Source of the DNA: Myxococcota bacterium
Lineage (GTDB): Bacteria; Myxococcota_A; UBA796; UBA2385
Assembly (NCBI GenBank): GCA_044344255.1
Contig: JBIJDH010000004.1
Coordinates: forward strand, 416,001-480,000
Direction of reading: 5' to 3'
DNA: 64,000 nt
In this document: positions 38,731 through 49,109 of the stretch, piece after piece
How positions within the stretch are numbered: the stretch's first letter is position 1
Layout: each line of letters opens with the position of its first letter
Notes under the pieces: model-generated
Databases searched by the model: none
What the model saw: only the letters and a program-made list of their open reading frames with translations
Told to the model about the DNA's origin: nothing
Position numbers and translations under genes: made by a program

Positions 38731-41214
38731 ATGGCCCCGCACCCGACCTCCCGCTCCCCGTTGCCTGCGCCCCACCTGCTGGTCAGCGCCCTCCTCATCG
38801 GCTGTGCGAGTGAAGACTACGTCCGGCTGTACCACACCGAGACGATGGCCCCCTCGCTCTCGTGGTCCGACATCGAGACCATGGACTTCATGGGCCCGAA
38901 GATTATGGACAAAGGTGTGAACTTTGTCGTGTACTCGGAGCGGGCTGAGCGGATGGAGCTCCTGCTCTTTGATGATCCCGAGAGTGATCTCCCCACCTTT
39001 CAAGTGGAGCTCCAGAACAACGGGGGGCCGCTGTGGAGCGCCTATGTGGAGGGCGTCGGGGTCGGTCAGCACTTCGGGTACATCGCGTGGGGCCCGAATT
39101 GGACCTACGATCCGGACTTCTATGCTGGGTCCACCATCGGATTCCTCGCCGACGTAGACGCATACGGAAACCGATTCAACCCGAATAAGCTTCTCTTTGA
39201 CCCATGGGGGAAGGCGCTCCACCGCGACTTCGACTGGTCGAAGGGTAGCTCGGCCAGCGGCCCCGATCGGTACCAGTCTACCTACGCGGCGGCCAGCAAG
39301 ACGGTCATCCTCCCAGAGGACGAGGTCGATCGGGTCGACACCTATGACTGGAGCGCTGACGAGGCCGACTGGCGGGCCGCGCGGGAGGCGAACACGCTGA
39401 GCGGCCATGACTGGAACGAGCTCGTGATCTACGAGGTCCATCCGAAGGGCTTCACGAAGAACCCCGACAGCGGTGTGGAGCACACCGGCACCTTAAGGGG
39501 AATGGGGGAGATGGCTCCGTACCTCGCGGATCTCGGCATCACGGCTGTGGAGCTGATGCCCATCCATTCGAAGCCCGCCGACGGCGGATACTGGGGGTAC
39601 AACAACCTCAGCTTCTACGCGCCGGAGAACACGTACTCCGCCTCCTTCGCCGCTACGGGTGACCCCCGGGGCACGCTGGACGAGTTCCGCTGGATGGTAG
39701 ACCAGCTTCACCAGCACGGCGTGGAGGTGATCCTCGACGTGGTCTACAACCACACGGGGGAGGGCGGCCTCTGGCGAGAGCGCCTGTATTTTGAGAGTGA
39801 CTCCGCGCAGGAAGAGGTGAATTTCGACCCCAAGGAGGTCGCCGGCCTCTACTCCTATCGCGGCCTCGACAACGCGGCCTGGTACGCGCTCACCGAGGAT
39901 GGGCAGTACTACATCAACAACACCGGCGTGGGCAACGAGACCCGCTGCAACCACGGCCCGATGAACCGGCTCATCCTCGACACGCTCCACTTCTATGTCG
40001 AGGAGCTGCATGTCGATGGCTTTCGCTTCGATCTGGCCGGCATCCTGGGCGAGAAGGACCTCGACTACAACACGCCCACCGACACCTCCACCACGGTCCT
40101 TCAAGAGATCGTCGATGATGCGATCCTACAGCGGTACAATACACGCCTGATCGCCGAGCCCTGGACCGCCGCCGGCACCGGGCCGGGCATCGGCGGCTTC
40201 CCGATGTCGACCACCAAGGAGGGCTACGGCTGGGCCGAATGGAACGCGCACTATCGCGACTGGTGGCGCTCCTTCGTCAACAATGACGACTGGCGCCTGA
40301 ACAGCACGGAGGGGGTGGATGGTGGCGCCGTGATCACTGGCTCGGAGGCCGTCTACGGTTGGAACGGCCGCAAGCCCTACCACAGCGTCAACTTCGTCAC
40401 GGTGCACGACGGCTTTACCCTCTACGATCTGTTCAGCTACGAGCAGAAGCAGAACGGGTGCGGCTTGCTCAACCCGATCTGCTGTGATGATCCGACCAGC
40501 GCCTGGTGTGACGATGACTCCGGCGAGAGCAACAACCGGTCTCGGAATTGGTACGATGAATCGGTGAAGCGCCAGATGATGCGCAACCAGTTCACCGGCA
40601 TGTTCATCTCGGCTGGCACCCCGATGATCCTCGGCGGCGACGAGTGGATGCGCACGCAGCTCGGCAACAACAACGCCTACAGTGACGGGGCCGACAACGC
40701 CTGGAACTGGTTCCGCTGGGGAGAGTGGCGCAACAGCTACGCCTGGAACCGCCACCGAATGCACGACTTCGTCAGGGATCTCACCCGGCTGCGACGAGAG
40801 CACGCGGCCGCGCTCGCCCCGAGCGAGTATGGCGGGGGAATGCCGCTCGCCTGGAAGGACGCTGACAACAGCGACATGGCGGCGGAGGACTGGTCGGGGC
40901 ACCGTTACGTCATGATGCACTATTATGACGATGGCAATTTCGCGGGTGAACGCGAGCTCTTGATCCTTGTGAACATGGACCGCTCCGACATCACCTTCTC
41001 GCTCCCCGAGGGGCGGAGCTGGCAGCGGCTGGTAGACACCCAGGCTTGGTTCGACCTGCCTGGCGATCCTTCGGAAGAGGGCGGGTACTTCAGCGAAAAC
41101 ACCGGCGCCGACCCCTACTCCAGCATGAACATCACCCTCGACGAGCCGATCGCCGTCGAGGGGAGCAGCTACGGCGTCGTGGCCAATTCCATCGTGATCC
41201 TGGAAGAGCAATAG
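38731..41214 (+). CDS. GH13 isoamylase/glycogen-debranching enzyme, lipoprotein
   Basis: Lipobox LLIGC; CBM48-like N-terminus; YWGY, DVVYNHT, DGFRFDLA (nucleophile), IAEPW, VHDGFTL all present. Confidence 0.92.
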   Translation: MAPHPTSRSPLPAPHLLVSALLIGCASEDYVRLYHTETMAPSLSWSDIETMDFMGPKIMDKGVNFVVYSERAERMELLLFDDPESDLPTFQVELQNNGGPLWSAYVEGVGVGQHFGYIAWGPNWTYDPDFYAGSTIGFLADVDAYGNRFNPNKLLFDPWGKALHRDFDWSKGSSASGPDRYQSTYAAASKTVILPEDEVDRVDTYDWSADEADWRAAREANTLSGHDWNELVIYEVHPKGFTKNPDSGVEHTGTLRGMGEMAPYLADLGITAVELMPIHSKPADGGYWGYNNLSFYAPENTYSASFAATGDPRGTLDEFRWMVDQLHQHGVEVILDVVYNHTGEGGLWRERLYFESDSAQEEVNFDPKEVAGLYSYRGLDNAAWYALTEDGQYYINNTGVGNETRCNHGPMNRLILDTLHFYVEELHVDGFRFDLAGILGEKDLDYNTPTDTSTTVLQEIVDDAILQRYNTRLIAEPWTAAGTGPGIGGFPMSTTKEGYGWAEWNAHYRDWWRSFVNNDDWRLNSTEGVDGGAVITGSEAVYGWNGRKPYHSVNFVTVHDGFTLYDLFSYEQKQNGCGLLNPICCDDPTSAWCDDDSGESNNRSRNWYDESVKRQMMRNQFTGMFISAGTPMILGGDEWMRTQLGNNNAYSDGADNAWNWFRWGEWRNSYAWNRHRMHDFVRDLTRLRREHAAALAPSEYGGGMPLAWKDADNSDMAAEDWSGHRYVMMHYYDDGNFAGERELLILVNMDRSDITFSLPEGRSWQRLVDTQAWFDLPGDPSEEGGYFSENTGADPYSSMNITLDEPIAVEGSSYGVVANSIVILEEQ

Positions 41215-41215
41215 C

Positions 41216-42724
41216 GTGAAGCCGCTTCGTCCGGGCCGCCGGCCCCTCGACCTGCTGGTCGCCCTCAGCCTGTGTTGGCCCGCCCTCCGTCCGAGTGAGG
41301 CGCTCGCCGGCCGCGCGGAGGTGGGCGGCTACCTCCGCCTCGGCGCGCGTCCAGACCTCCAGGGCGGTGACGGCCGCCTCGGCTACTGGAACCTCTACGG
41401 CCGCCTCCTCAACGAGGGGCCCTACGCCGCACTGGAGTTTAAGTTCGACGCCTTGGAGGTCCAACCCCAGCAGAAGACCCCATGGGCCTCCCTGCACCTG
41501 AAGGTTGAGGGGGGGAGCATTCGAGGCGCCGACGCTGGCGGTGGTGGCCTCGCCAACTTTCGGCTGTCGCAGGCCTATGTCCAAGCAGGGAACGTGCTCC
41601 TCCCTGACCTCGTGTGGCAGGTGGGCAGCCTCGACACGTGGTTCGGGGACCTCGGCCTCTACGACATGCGTCCAGCCGAGATCTTCTACAACACCGTCGG
41701 CATGAGCGCCCGCCTTCGAAAGGAGCGGGTTGATCTCCTGCTCGGCTTCGGTGACTCCGGATACGGCATCCGGGGCGCCGAATACAGCACCATCCTCACG
41801 CCGGGCGGCACCCTCCGGGTCCGGCTCGGTGACCATGTCGAGCTGGGCACGGGGGGTGAGCTCCGCCTCGAGCCGGCGGTGAAGGGGAACCGGCGAGCGC
41901 CTTACGCTACGCCGGGCCTCGGCTACGAGGAGTGGGTGAGGGGGGAGGTGGTGGAGAGCTTCTTCGCCGCCAACCCCGGACGAGACCTCGAGTTTCCCGA
42001 TCCGGTCTCCCGTTCGAATCGGTCGTGGAAGGCGGTGGGCTACCTCGGCTTCGGCGGCTTGGGCCCGCTCTCGTGGAACAACACCTTCATCTCGTACGAG
42101 CGGGCCCACCCGATGGCCACCACGGAGGAGCAGTGGCAGGGAGAGACCTACACCCTCTACGTGGCAGATCTCACCGACGAGCGTGACGTGCTGCTGATCG
42201 GCGATGAGATCCAAGTCGCGCTGTTGCCGCGACGCCTCGATCTCGCGCTCGCCGGCCTCTATGGTGACCACTCCGACGGCGACAACGACATCGTCCCCTC
42301 AGACGCCGATCGGAGCTACGTCTCTGGCGTCCTGCGCCTAGAGGCGAACCTCACGGAGACCGTGCACTGGCTCGGGGAGACGAGCCTGGCTCGCGAGCGG
42401 TCGCGGAACGGGAACGCCTATCGGGAGCACGCCGACTCCATCTTCGCGAACACCGAGGGGCGGCCGGACTCCCGCGGATTGGAGTCGGGCGACACCGACA
42501 CGCGACACACCTGGCAGGGCAAGACCGGCTTCGTTTTCAACCCGCTGGGCCCGGGCATCTACACGAGGCCCTCTCTTCGTCTGTTGTATGGCGCGCAATA
42601 CTCCAACCAGAACAACGCGTTCGGGAACAGCTTCGTGGAGAACATCGATCAGTACAACGAGTTTGGGAACGTGGAGCGACATTGGCACCACCTGGTCGCG
42701 CTTGAGACGGAGGCCTGGTTTTGA
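41216..42724 (+). CDS. LamB/maltoporin-like outer-membrane carbohydrate porin
   Basis: Signal peptide; GYLR..GRLLNEGPYAALE resembles LamB RLGNE..YAEL; RPSLRLLYG; C-terminal EAWF barrel signal. Confidence 0.7.
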   Translation: MKPLRPGRRPLDLLVALSLCWPALRPSEALAGRAEVGGYLRLGARPDLQGGDGRLGYWNLYGRLLNEGPYAALEFKFDALEVQPQQKTPWASLHLKVEGGSIRGADAGGGGLANFRLSQAYVQAGNVLLPDLVWQVGSLDTWFGDLGLYDMRPAEIFYNTVGMSARLRKERVDLLLGFGDSGYGIRGAEYSTILTPGGTLRVRLGDHVELGTGGELRLEPAVKGNRRAPYATPGLGYEEWVRGEVVESFFAANPGRDLEFPDPVSRSNRSWKAVGYLGFGGLGPLSWNNTFISYERAHPMATTEEQWQGETYTLYVADLTDERDVLLIGDEIQVALLPRRLDLALAGLYGDHSDGDNDIVPSDADRSYVSGVLRLEANLTETVHWLGETSLARERSRNGNAYREHADSIFANTEGRPDSRGLESGDTDTRHTWQGKTGFVFNPLGPGIYTRPSLRLLYGAQYSNQNNAFGNSFVENIDQYNEFGNVERHWHHLVALETEAWF

Positions 42725-43395
42725 TGCGTCTCACCTCCCACGCCTCTCCAACCCCGAGGCCGCGAGCCGCGTCGTCCCAGGGCCGATGGGGTAGCTCCGG
42801 CCTCGCGGTCCGCTGCCTCCACGCCTTCCTCGTCCCGCTCTTCCTCATGGTCTCCCTGGCGGGCTGTCCCCCGCGGTCGGGCGCGGCCTTGCGGGCCGCG
42901 TCACCGACCCCGGTGATCGTCGCTTCGGTGCTCGACCTCCCCGGGCGCCCTCCGACGGGCCTCCCGGGAGCGCTCAGCGCCGCGATCCGCGCCGACCTCG
43001 TGGCCCGCAACCTGGTGCCCACCGAGCTCACCCTCGTCGAGCTCGGTCCGGCCTTCGCCACGCGCCGCCTCAGCCCTCACCGCCTCTCCTGGCTGCTGGA
43101 GGGCGGGCGTGGCAAAGGCGGGCTCGTGCTCCTGATCGAGTCCGACGTCCAGTTTTACTCTCAGCTCGCCGGTCGTTATCGCTGGACCGTGCACAGCCGG
43201 GTGACGTTGTCCCCCGTCGATGTTCCCGGGGCCGCGGTCAGCTCCGAGCTCTCCGCACCGGTCTTCCTTCAGTTCGACCATGAGCGGGAGGCCGAGGCGC
43301 TCGTGGCGGCCGCGGCGGTCGTGGAGCGGCAGGTCGGGGAGCTGCTGGACAGCTATCTCGGTGGAATTGTAGGGTCTATGCCGATCGACGGCTGA
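42724..43395 (+). CDS. Hypothetical lipoprotein
   Basis: TGATG coupling to the porin stop; hydrophobic stretch ending SLAGC. Confidence 0.65.
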   Translation: MRLTSHASPTPRPRAASSQGRWGSSGLAVRCLHAFLVPLFLMVSLAGCPPRSGAALRAASPTPVIVASVLDLPGRPPTGLPGALSAAIRADLVARNLVPTELTLVELGPAFATRRLSPHRLSWLLEGGRGKGGLVLLIESDVQFYSQLAGRYRWTVHSRVTLSPVDVPGAAVSSELSAPVFLQFDHEREAEALVAAAAVVERQVGELLDSYLGGIVGSMPIDG

Positions 43396-43421
43396 GCTCC
43401 GTCCCAGCCTCGCCGACGGCT

Positions 43422-43449
43422 TGGTCACGGAATTGTCACGATGTGTCAG
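43422..43449 (+). promoter_or_regulatory. Pho-box-like (OmpR/PhoB family) direct repeat
   Basis: TGGTCAC-GGAA-TTGTCAC-GAT-GTGTCAG; first two GTCAC units are 11 bp apart. Confidence 0.5.
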
Positions 43450-43605
43450 GCTCCTTGGTGTCGGTGGCTGGTCGCCAAGTGGAGGCAAAATTCGTTGTAA
43501 GGTCGTGGAACGTCGGCGCCGCCCGGTCGCCTCAGGGCCCTCCTCCCGGCCTGCGGTTCGCCCATCCTCATCTTGAAACCCCCTCTCTCGTGCCCCGGAG
43601 CTCCC

Positions 43606-46600
43606 ATGTCCAAGCAGACCCCCCAACGCGCGATCCTGGTCCTCTTCGGCCTGTGCGCGGTGCTGCCGGCCGCTGGCTCCACGCTCACGCTCAACGGCAC
43701 GGTGCGGGACTTCACCCCCTGGACCAACGCGGACTTCGAGTACAAGCTCGGAGACGACCGCGGGATCGTCACGGACACCCTGGGCGCCGATGGCAAGCCG
43801 GTCTACGACAGCTCGGCCACCCACAAGACGGTCCATAGCAAGACGACCTTCGATCAGTGGTTCAACGACGTCTCCGGCGTGAATCAGTCCACGGACTTCG
43901 CGATCACGCTCACGGCGTCCTCGACGACCGGCGTCTACACGTATTCGGACTCCACGTTCTTCCCGATCGACGGCCAGCTTTACGGGAACTATGGGACCTA
44001 CAGTCATAACTATCATTTCACCTATGAGGTGACCTCCTGGTTCACCTACCTCGGTGGCGAAACCTTCACCTTCACCGGTGATGACGACCTCTGGGTTTAC
44101 ATCAACGGTGTGCGCGCGATCGATCTTGGTGGTGTCCACGGCGCAGAGTCGGAGACCATCGATCTGGACGCTGTGGCCGCTGACCTTGGCATCGTGGTGG
44201 GGGGAACGTACAGCTTCCACCTGTTCTTCGCGGAGCGCCACACGGTGGCGTCGCACTTCCGCATCGACACCACCATCGAGTTTGCCCCCGAAGACTGCGG
44301 TGACGGCCGCGACAACGATGCGGACGGCGACATCGACGGCGACGACTCCGACTGCTGGGTCTGCGGCGACGGAGACGTCGATCCGGGTGAGGGCTGTGAC
44401 GACGGCGACACCACGACCGGCGACGGATGTTCGTCCGCCTGCGACATCGAGGACGCGGACGGAGACGGCCACAGCGATCCCGTCTACGGCGGCGACGACT
44501 GTGATGACTCCGACGCTAGCGTGAACCCCGACGCGACGGAGGTCTGGTACGACGGCGTCGATCAAGACTGCGACGGCGCCAGCGACTACGACCAGGACGG
44601 CGATGGTGACGACGCAGAGGCCTACGGTGGCACCGACTGCGATGACCTCGACGCCACGGCCTACGGCGGCGCCGTGGAGGTCTGGTACGACGGCGTCGAT
44701 CAGGACTGTGACGGCGGGGACGACTTCGACCAGGATGGCGACGGCTACATCGAAGGGATCGAAGGTGGCGACTGCGATGACACCGACGCAAGTGTGAACC
44801 CGGGGGAGGCGGAGACTTGGTACGACGGCGTGGATCAGGACTGCGACGGCGGTGACGACTACGATCAGGACGGGGACGGGTACACGTCTTCGACCTACGG
44901 GGGCACCGACTGTGACGACACCGACGCCGGCGTGAACACGGACGCGACCGAGACCTGGTACGACGGCGTGGATCAGGACTGCGACGGCGGTGACGACTTT
45001 GATCAGGATGGTGATGGTTACGCCTCGTCTTCATACGGCGGGACCGACTGCGACGACGCCTCGGCCTCGGTGCACCCCGGCGCTGCCGAGGCTTGGTACG
45101 ACGGCGTGGACCAGGACTGCGACGGCGGCAGCGACTATGACCAGGACGGGGATGGATTCGACTCCGCTTCGTATGGTGGCGATGACTGTGACGACGTGAG
45201 CGGCTCCACCAACCCTGGCGCTGCGGAGACCTGGTACGACGGCATCGACCAGGACTGTGACGGCGGAGACGACTTTGATCAGGACGGCGATGGCCACGCC
45301 TCGGCCGCATTCGGCGGAGATGACTGCGACGACACCGATGGCTCCGTCAACCCTTCGGCTGAGGAGACCTGGTACGACGGTGTGGATCAGGCCTGCGATG
45401 GCGGCGACGACTTCGACCAGGACGGCGATGGCGACGTCGCGTCGGCCTACGGCGGCACCGACTGTGACGACACCGACGGATCGGTCTACGGCGGCGCCAC
45501 GGACACCTGGTACGACGGCGTCGACAGCGACTGCGCGGGAGATGACGACTACGATCAGGACGGCGACGGGTACACCTCCGCGGAGTACGGCGGCACGGAC
45601 TGTGACGATCTCTCGGCCACCATTCATCCGGGGGCTACCGACGCCTGGTACGATGGCGTAGACGCCGACTGCGCCGGCAACAGCGACTACGACCGGGACG
45701 GTGACGGCTACGACTCTGCCGCATACGGCGGAGACGACTGCGGTGACCTGAACCCCTACAAGCACCCGGGCGCCACTGAGACCTGGTACGACGGCAAGGA
45801 CCAGGACTGCGACGGGCACAGCGACTACGACCAGGACTTCGACGGGTATGACTCGGTCGCATACGGCGGCACCGACTGTGACGACCGCGACGACACGGTC
45901 TCTCCGGCAGCGGGTGAGGTCTGGTACGACGGAGAAGACCAGGACTGTGATGGCCTGAGCGACTTCGACGCCGATGGCGACGGGTTCGACAGCGCCGACT
46001 ACGGCGGCGAGGATTGCCTCGACTCCGACGACACCGTGCACCCCGACGCCGTCGAGGTCGACGGGGACGGCGTCGATCAGGACTGCACGGGCGTGGACGG
46101 TGGTGTGGACACCGACGGTGATGGGCTCACCGATGAGGACGAGCTGGTCGAGGGCACCGACCTGCTCGTCCCCGACACCGACGGCGACGGCCTGCTGGAT
46201 GGAGAGGAGATCCTCTCCGGGGCTGATCCGCTGGTCGAGGACACCGACGGTGACGGCCTGTTGGACGGCGAGGAGGTGCACACCTACGACACCGATCCGA
46301 CGCTGACCGACACCGACGGCGACACCATCGAAGACGGAGAGGAGGTCTTCGAGACCGGCACGGATCCCGCCCTGGCGGACACCGACGAGGACGGCCTCAC
46401 GGACGCCGAGGAGCTCTACGAGACCGGGACGGACCCGCTGCTCTCGGACACGGACGGCGGCGGTCGCTCGGACGGCGATGAGGTCATCTGGGACGGCACC
46501 GATCCCTTCGTCGGCTCCGACGACGTGCTCGACACCGACGAAGACGGCCTCTCCGACTACTACGAGACCTCGACCTCCTACACCGACCCCGGCGTCGCCG

Positions 46601-47592
46601 ACTCCGACGGGGACGGCCTCAGCGACGGCGAGGAGGTCAAGACGACCGGCACCGATCCCCTCGTTGAAGACACGGATGGGGACACCCTGAGCGACGGAGC
46701 GGAGGCGGGCGAGGGCGGCTACGGCACGGATCCCCTGTCGGGCGATACGGACGGAGACGAGCTCGGCGACGAGGTCGAGGTGGCGACCGATGGCAGCGGC
46801 AGCGGCACCGATCCGGTGGTCGCCGACACCGACGGTGACGGCCTTTCGGACGGCGCCGAGGCGGGTGACGGCGGGACGGGCACAGATCCCCTCGTCGAGG
46901 ACACGGACGGCGACGGGCTGACCGACGGCGCCGAGGCGGGTGACGGGGGGACGGGCACAGATCCCCTCGTCGAGGACACGGACGGCGACGGGCTGACCGA
47001 CGGCGCCGAGGCGGGCGACGGCGGGACGGGATCGGATCCCCTCGTCGAGGACACCGACGGCGACGGGCTCACCGACGGGGAGGAGGCCGGTGAGGGTGGG
47101 ACGGGTACGGACCCCTTGAAGGAAGACACCGACGATGGCGGCGTCGGGGACGGCGACGAGCTCAGCACCGGGACCGATCCCTTCGATCCCTCCGATGACC
47201 TCTCCGGCGGGACCGACGGCACGGACGGGACCGACGGCACGGACGGGACCGACGGCACGGACGGGACCGACGGGACCGACGGCACGGACGGCACGGATGG
47301 GACCGACGGCACGGATGGGACCGACGGCACGGACGGGACCGACGGCGTCGATCCGAACGGAGACACCGGCGGTGGGACCGAGACGGGCGAGAACGGCGCC
47401 GGTGGCGACGACTCGAGCGGCGGTGACCTGGGTGACACGGGCGGTCTCGCGGAAGATCCCCGGGAGCAGGATCCCGACGGGAAGGGCTGCGGCTGCGCCT
47501 CGGCGGAGGGCGAGGGCGCCCCTGCCGCAGCCTGGTACGCGCCGCTCCTCGGCGGTCTCCTGGCCTTCAGCGCTCGTCGCCGTCGGTCGTAG
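43606..47592 (+). CDS. Surface protein: fibro-slime/PA14 domain, myxococcal Cys-rich repeat, 12 MopE-like repeats, about 15 TSP3-like repeats, (GTD)15, MYXO-CTERM-like anchor
   Basis: [54 protein letters not shown] repeats; DTDGDGL.DG.E; GCGC..hydrophobic..RRRRS. Confidence 0.9.
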   Translation: MSKQTPQRAILVLFGLCAVLPAAGSTLTLNGTVRDFTPWTNADFEYKLGDDRGIVTDTLGADGKPVYDSSATHKTVHSKTTFDQWFNDVSGVNQSTDFAITLTASSTTGVYTYSDSTFFPIDGQLYGNYGTYSHNYHFTYEVTSWFTYLGGETFTFTGDDDLWVYINGVRAIDLGGVHGAESETIDLDAVAADLGIVVGGTYSFHLFFAERHTVASHFRIDTTIEFAPEDCGDGRDNDADGDIDGDDSDCWVCGDGDVDPGEGCDDGDTTTGDGCSSACDIEDADGDGHSDPVYGGDDCDDSDASVNPDATEVWYDGVDQDCDGASDYDQDGDGDDAEAYGGTDCDDLDATAYGGAVEVWYDGVDQDCDGGDDFDQDGDGYIEGIEGGDCDDTDASVNPGEAETWYDGVDQDCDGGDDYDQDGDGYTSSTYGGTDCDDTDAGVNTDATETWYDGVDQDCDGGDDFDQDGDGYASSSYGGTDCDDASASVHPGAAEAWYDGVDQDCDGGSDYDQDGDGFDSASYGGDDCDDVSGSTNPGAAETWYDGIDQDCDGGDDFDQDGDGHASAAFGGDDCDDTDGSVNPSAEETWYDGVDQACDGGDDFDQDGDGDVASAYGGTDCDDTDGSVYGGATDTWYDGVDSDCAGDDDYDQDGDGYTSAEYGGTDCDDLSATIHPGATDAWYDGVDADCAGNSDYDRDGDGYDSAAYGGDDCGDLNPYKHPGATETWYDGKDQDCDGHSDYDQDFDGYDSVAYGGTDCDDRDDTVSPAAGEVWYDGEDQDCDGLSDFDADGDGFDSADYGGEDCLDSDDTVHPDAVEVDGDGVDQDCTGVDGGVDTDGDGLTDEDELVEGTDLLVPDTDGDGLLDGEEILSGADPLVEDTDGDGLLDGEEVHTYDTDPTLTDTDGDTIEDGEEVFETGTDPALADTDEDGLTDAEELYETGTDPLLSDTDGGGRSDGDEVIWDGTDPFVGSDDVLDTDEDGLSDYYETSTSYTDPGVADSDGDGLSDGEEVKTTGTDPLVEDTDGDTLSDGAEAGEGGYGTDPLSGDTDGDELGDEVEVATDGSGSGTDPVVADTDGDGLSDGAEAGDGGTGTDPLVEDTDGDGLTDGAEAGDGGTGTDPLVEDTDGDGLTDGAEAGDGGTGSDPLVEDTDGDGLTDGEEAGEGGTGTDPLKEDTDDGGVGDGDELSTGTDPFDPSDDLSGGTDGTDGTDGTDGTDGTDGTDGTDGTDGTDGTDGTDGTDGTDGTDGVDPNGDTGGGTETGENGAGGDDSSGGDLGDTGGLAEDPREQDPDGKGCGCASAEGEGAPAAAWYAPLLGGLLAFSARRRRS
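47209..47343 (+). repeat. 9-bp coding tandem repeat, 15 x Gly-Thr-Asp
   Basis: Mostly alternating GGGACCGAC/GGCACGGAC units. Confidence 0.95.
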
Positions 47593-47670
47593 CCGGGACC
47601 GGCGGTCGGCCGGCCACCGGGCGCGCCGACAACGGCGCCCTCGGGGGTCGGTTCGCCCGGTCGTGGTGGA

Positions 47671-49044
47671 TCAGCGCTCGTCGCCCTCGAGGTAGCCCAG
47701 CGCCTTCAAGCCCTCCATCGTCTCGTCGTCCATCTCCGGGGTGCGGAAGGGGGGCGCAGCGGCGTCCCAGGCTTGGAGGAGGCGGTCGAGGCGGGCGAGG
47801 CGCTCCGGATCGTCTGTCACGGGGGTTTGGGTCGCGTCCAGGCGGTAGAGCCGGGGCGTCGAGTCGAGCAGGGGGGCGCGGATGAGCAGGTGCCCCTCAG
47901 CCGAGACCGCGCGCTCGAAGGGCAAGTTCGGCCAACGGTCGGTGGCCGCCAGCTCGTGGGGCTTGGTGGCCTCGAGGAAGGCGGGCGGGCCGGCCTCCGC
48001 GGCTCCACCCCGCCAGAAGAGGGAGAGGTCCTCTCCGGTGCCGAGCGCGGGGCCGAGGCCGGTGAGGGAGGCTACTGTCGTCCCGACGTCTTGCAGGCGC
48101 ACGGGCCGCTCCACGACCAGGCCGGCGGGCGTGGCGAAGCGACCCTGACCTGCGATGAGCAGGGGTACGTGCGTGGCCACGAGGTCCACGTCGGGCCCGT
48201 GCCGATACGGGCGGGCGGGTTCTTCGTCGAAGACTTCGCCATGATCGGCCATCAGCACCACGAGGGAGTCTCGCAGCATCCCGCGGTCCCGGAGGCCGTC
48301 GAGGAGCCGCCCGAGGTGTCGGTCGACGGAGTTGACCTCTGCGAGGTAGTGCCCTCGGGCCTGCGCGGCGTCCGCCGGGCTGAGGAAGCCGCGGATGGCC
48401 GCGGTGGTGAGGTAGGTGATGCCGTCGATGTCTCCGTCGGCCTTGCCGTCATAGTTGGGGTCGACGAAGGCGGCGCGGGTGTCGTCGTCGGCGCTGTCCC
48501 AGGGCATGTGCGCGTCGTAGTAGTGAACGAAGAGGAAGAGCGGCGCGCCGGGTGTGCGCCGATCGACCTCGTCGAGGGCCACCCGATTGACCGTCTCGGC
48601 CGAGACCTCGTATTGCCAGAAGGTGTGGCGCCAGGCGTGGTCTTTGTAGACGCGGAAGCCTCGGTCCAAGCCCATCTTCTGTTCGAGGGCGGCCGAGCCC
48701 ACCACAGCGATACGATCCCATCCGGCCGACGCGAACCGCTCCGTGAGCAAGGGCAGCCGGGAGGGGAGGGGGAAGCCGTTTCGGACGACCCGGCTCCCGT
48801 GGGTGTCCTCCCCCGAGAAGGCGGCGGTGTGCGCCGCGAGGGTGGTCGGACAAGGCGAGAGCGCCCAGGCGAAGCGCACCCCCGACACCGCGAGGGCGTC
48901 GATGTTCGGGGTCTTGCCGTCGGGCGAGCCCCAAGCGCCCACGGCGTCGGCGCGGGTGGTGTCGAGGCTCACCACCAGCACCACCGGCGCCGGTGGCGGA
49001 GGGGCAGCGGTCTCGCAGGCGAGGAGGAGCAGCAGCGGCAGCAC
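47671..49044 (-). CDS. Sulfatase/alkaline-phosphatase superfamily lipoprotein
   Basis: LLLAC lipobox; [24 protein letters not shown]; lacks canonical C/SxPxR. Confidence 0.8.
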   Translation of the reverse strand: MLPLLLLLACETAAPPPPAPVVLVVSLDTTRADAVGAWGSPDGKTPNIDALAVSGVRFAWALSPCPTTLAAHTAAFSGEDTHGSRVVRNGFPLPSRLPLLTERFASAGWDRIAVVGSAALEQKMGLDRGFRVYKDHAWRHTFWQYEVSAETVNRVALDEVDRRTPGAPLFLFVHYYDAHMPWDSADDDTRAAFVDPNYDGKADGDIDGITYLTTAAIRGFLSPADAAQARGHYLAEVNSVDRHLGRLLDGLRDRGMLRDSLVVLMADHGEVFDEEPARPYRHGPDVDLVATHVPLLIAGQGRFATPAGLVVERPVRLQDVGTTVASLTGLGPALGTGEDLSLFWRGGAAEAGPPAFLEATKPHELAATDRWPNLPFERAVSAEGHLLIRAPLLDSTPRLYRLDATQTPVTDDPERLARLDRLLQAWDAAAPPFRTPEMDDETMEGLKALGYLEGDER

Positions 49045-49109
49045 GCGCAGAGGGTAGCGCGCCCACCGCCGCCGCGGAAGTCCGGGCCCCCGCAGGCGCG
49101 GAGGTGGGT

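Noticed and set aside
43485..43565. Possible c-di-GMP-I riboswitch (GGCAAA..GTAA loop)
   Set aside because: Stem around the tetraloop pairs poorly and the GACGCAAA segment is absent
44450..47343. Regularly spaced DNA repeats resembling a CRISPR array
   Set aside because: In-frame protein repeats with synonymous variation; no invariant repeat with unique spacers; no cas genes
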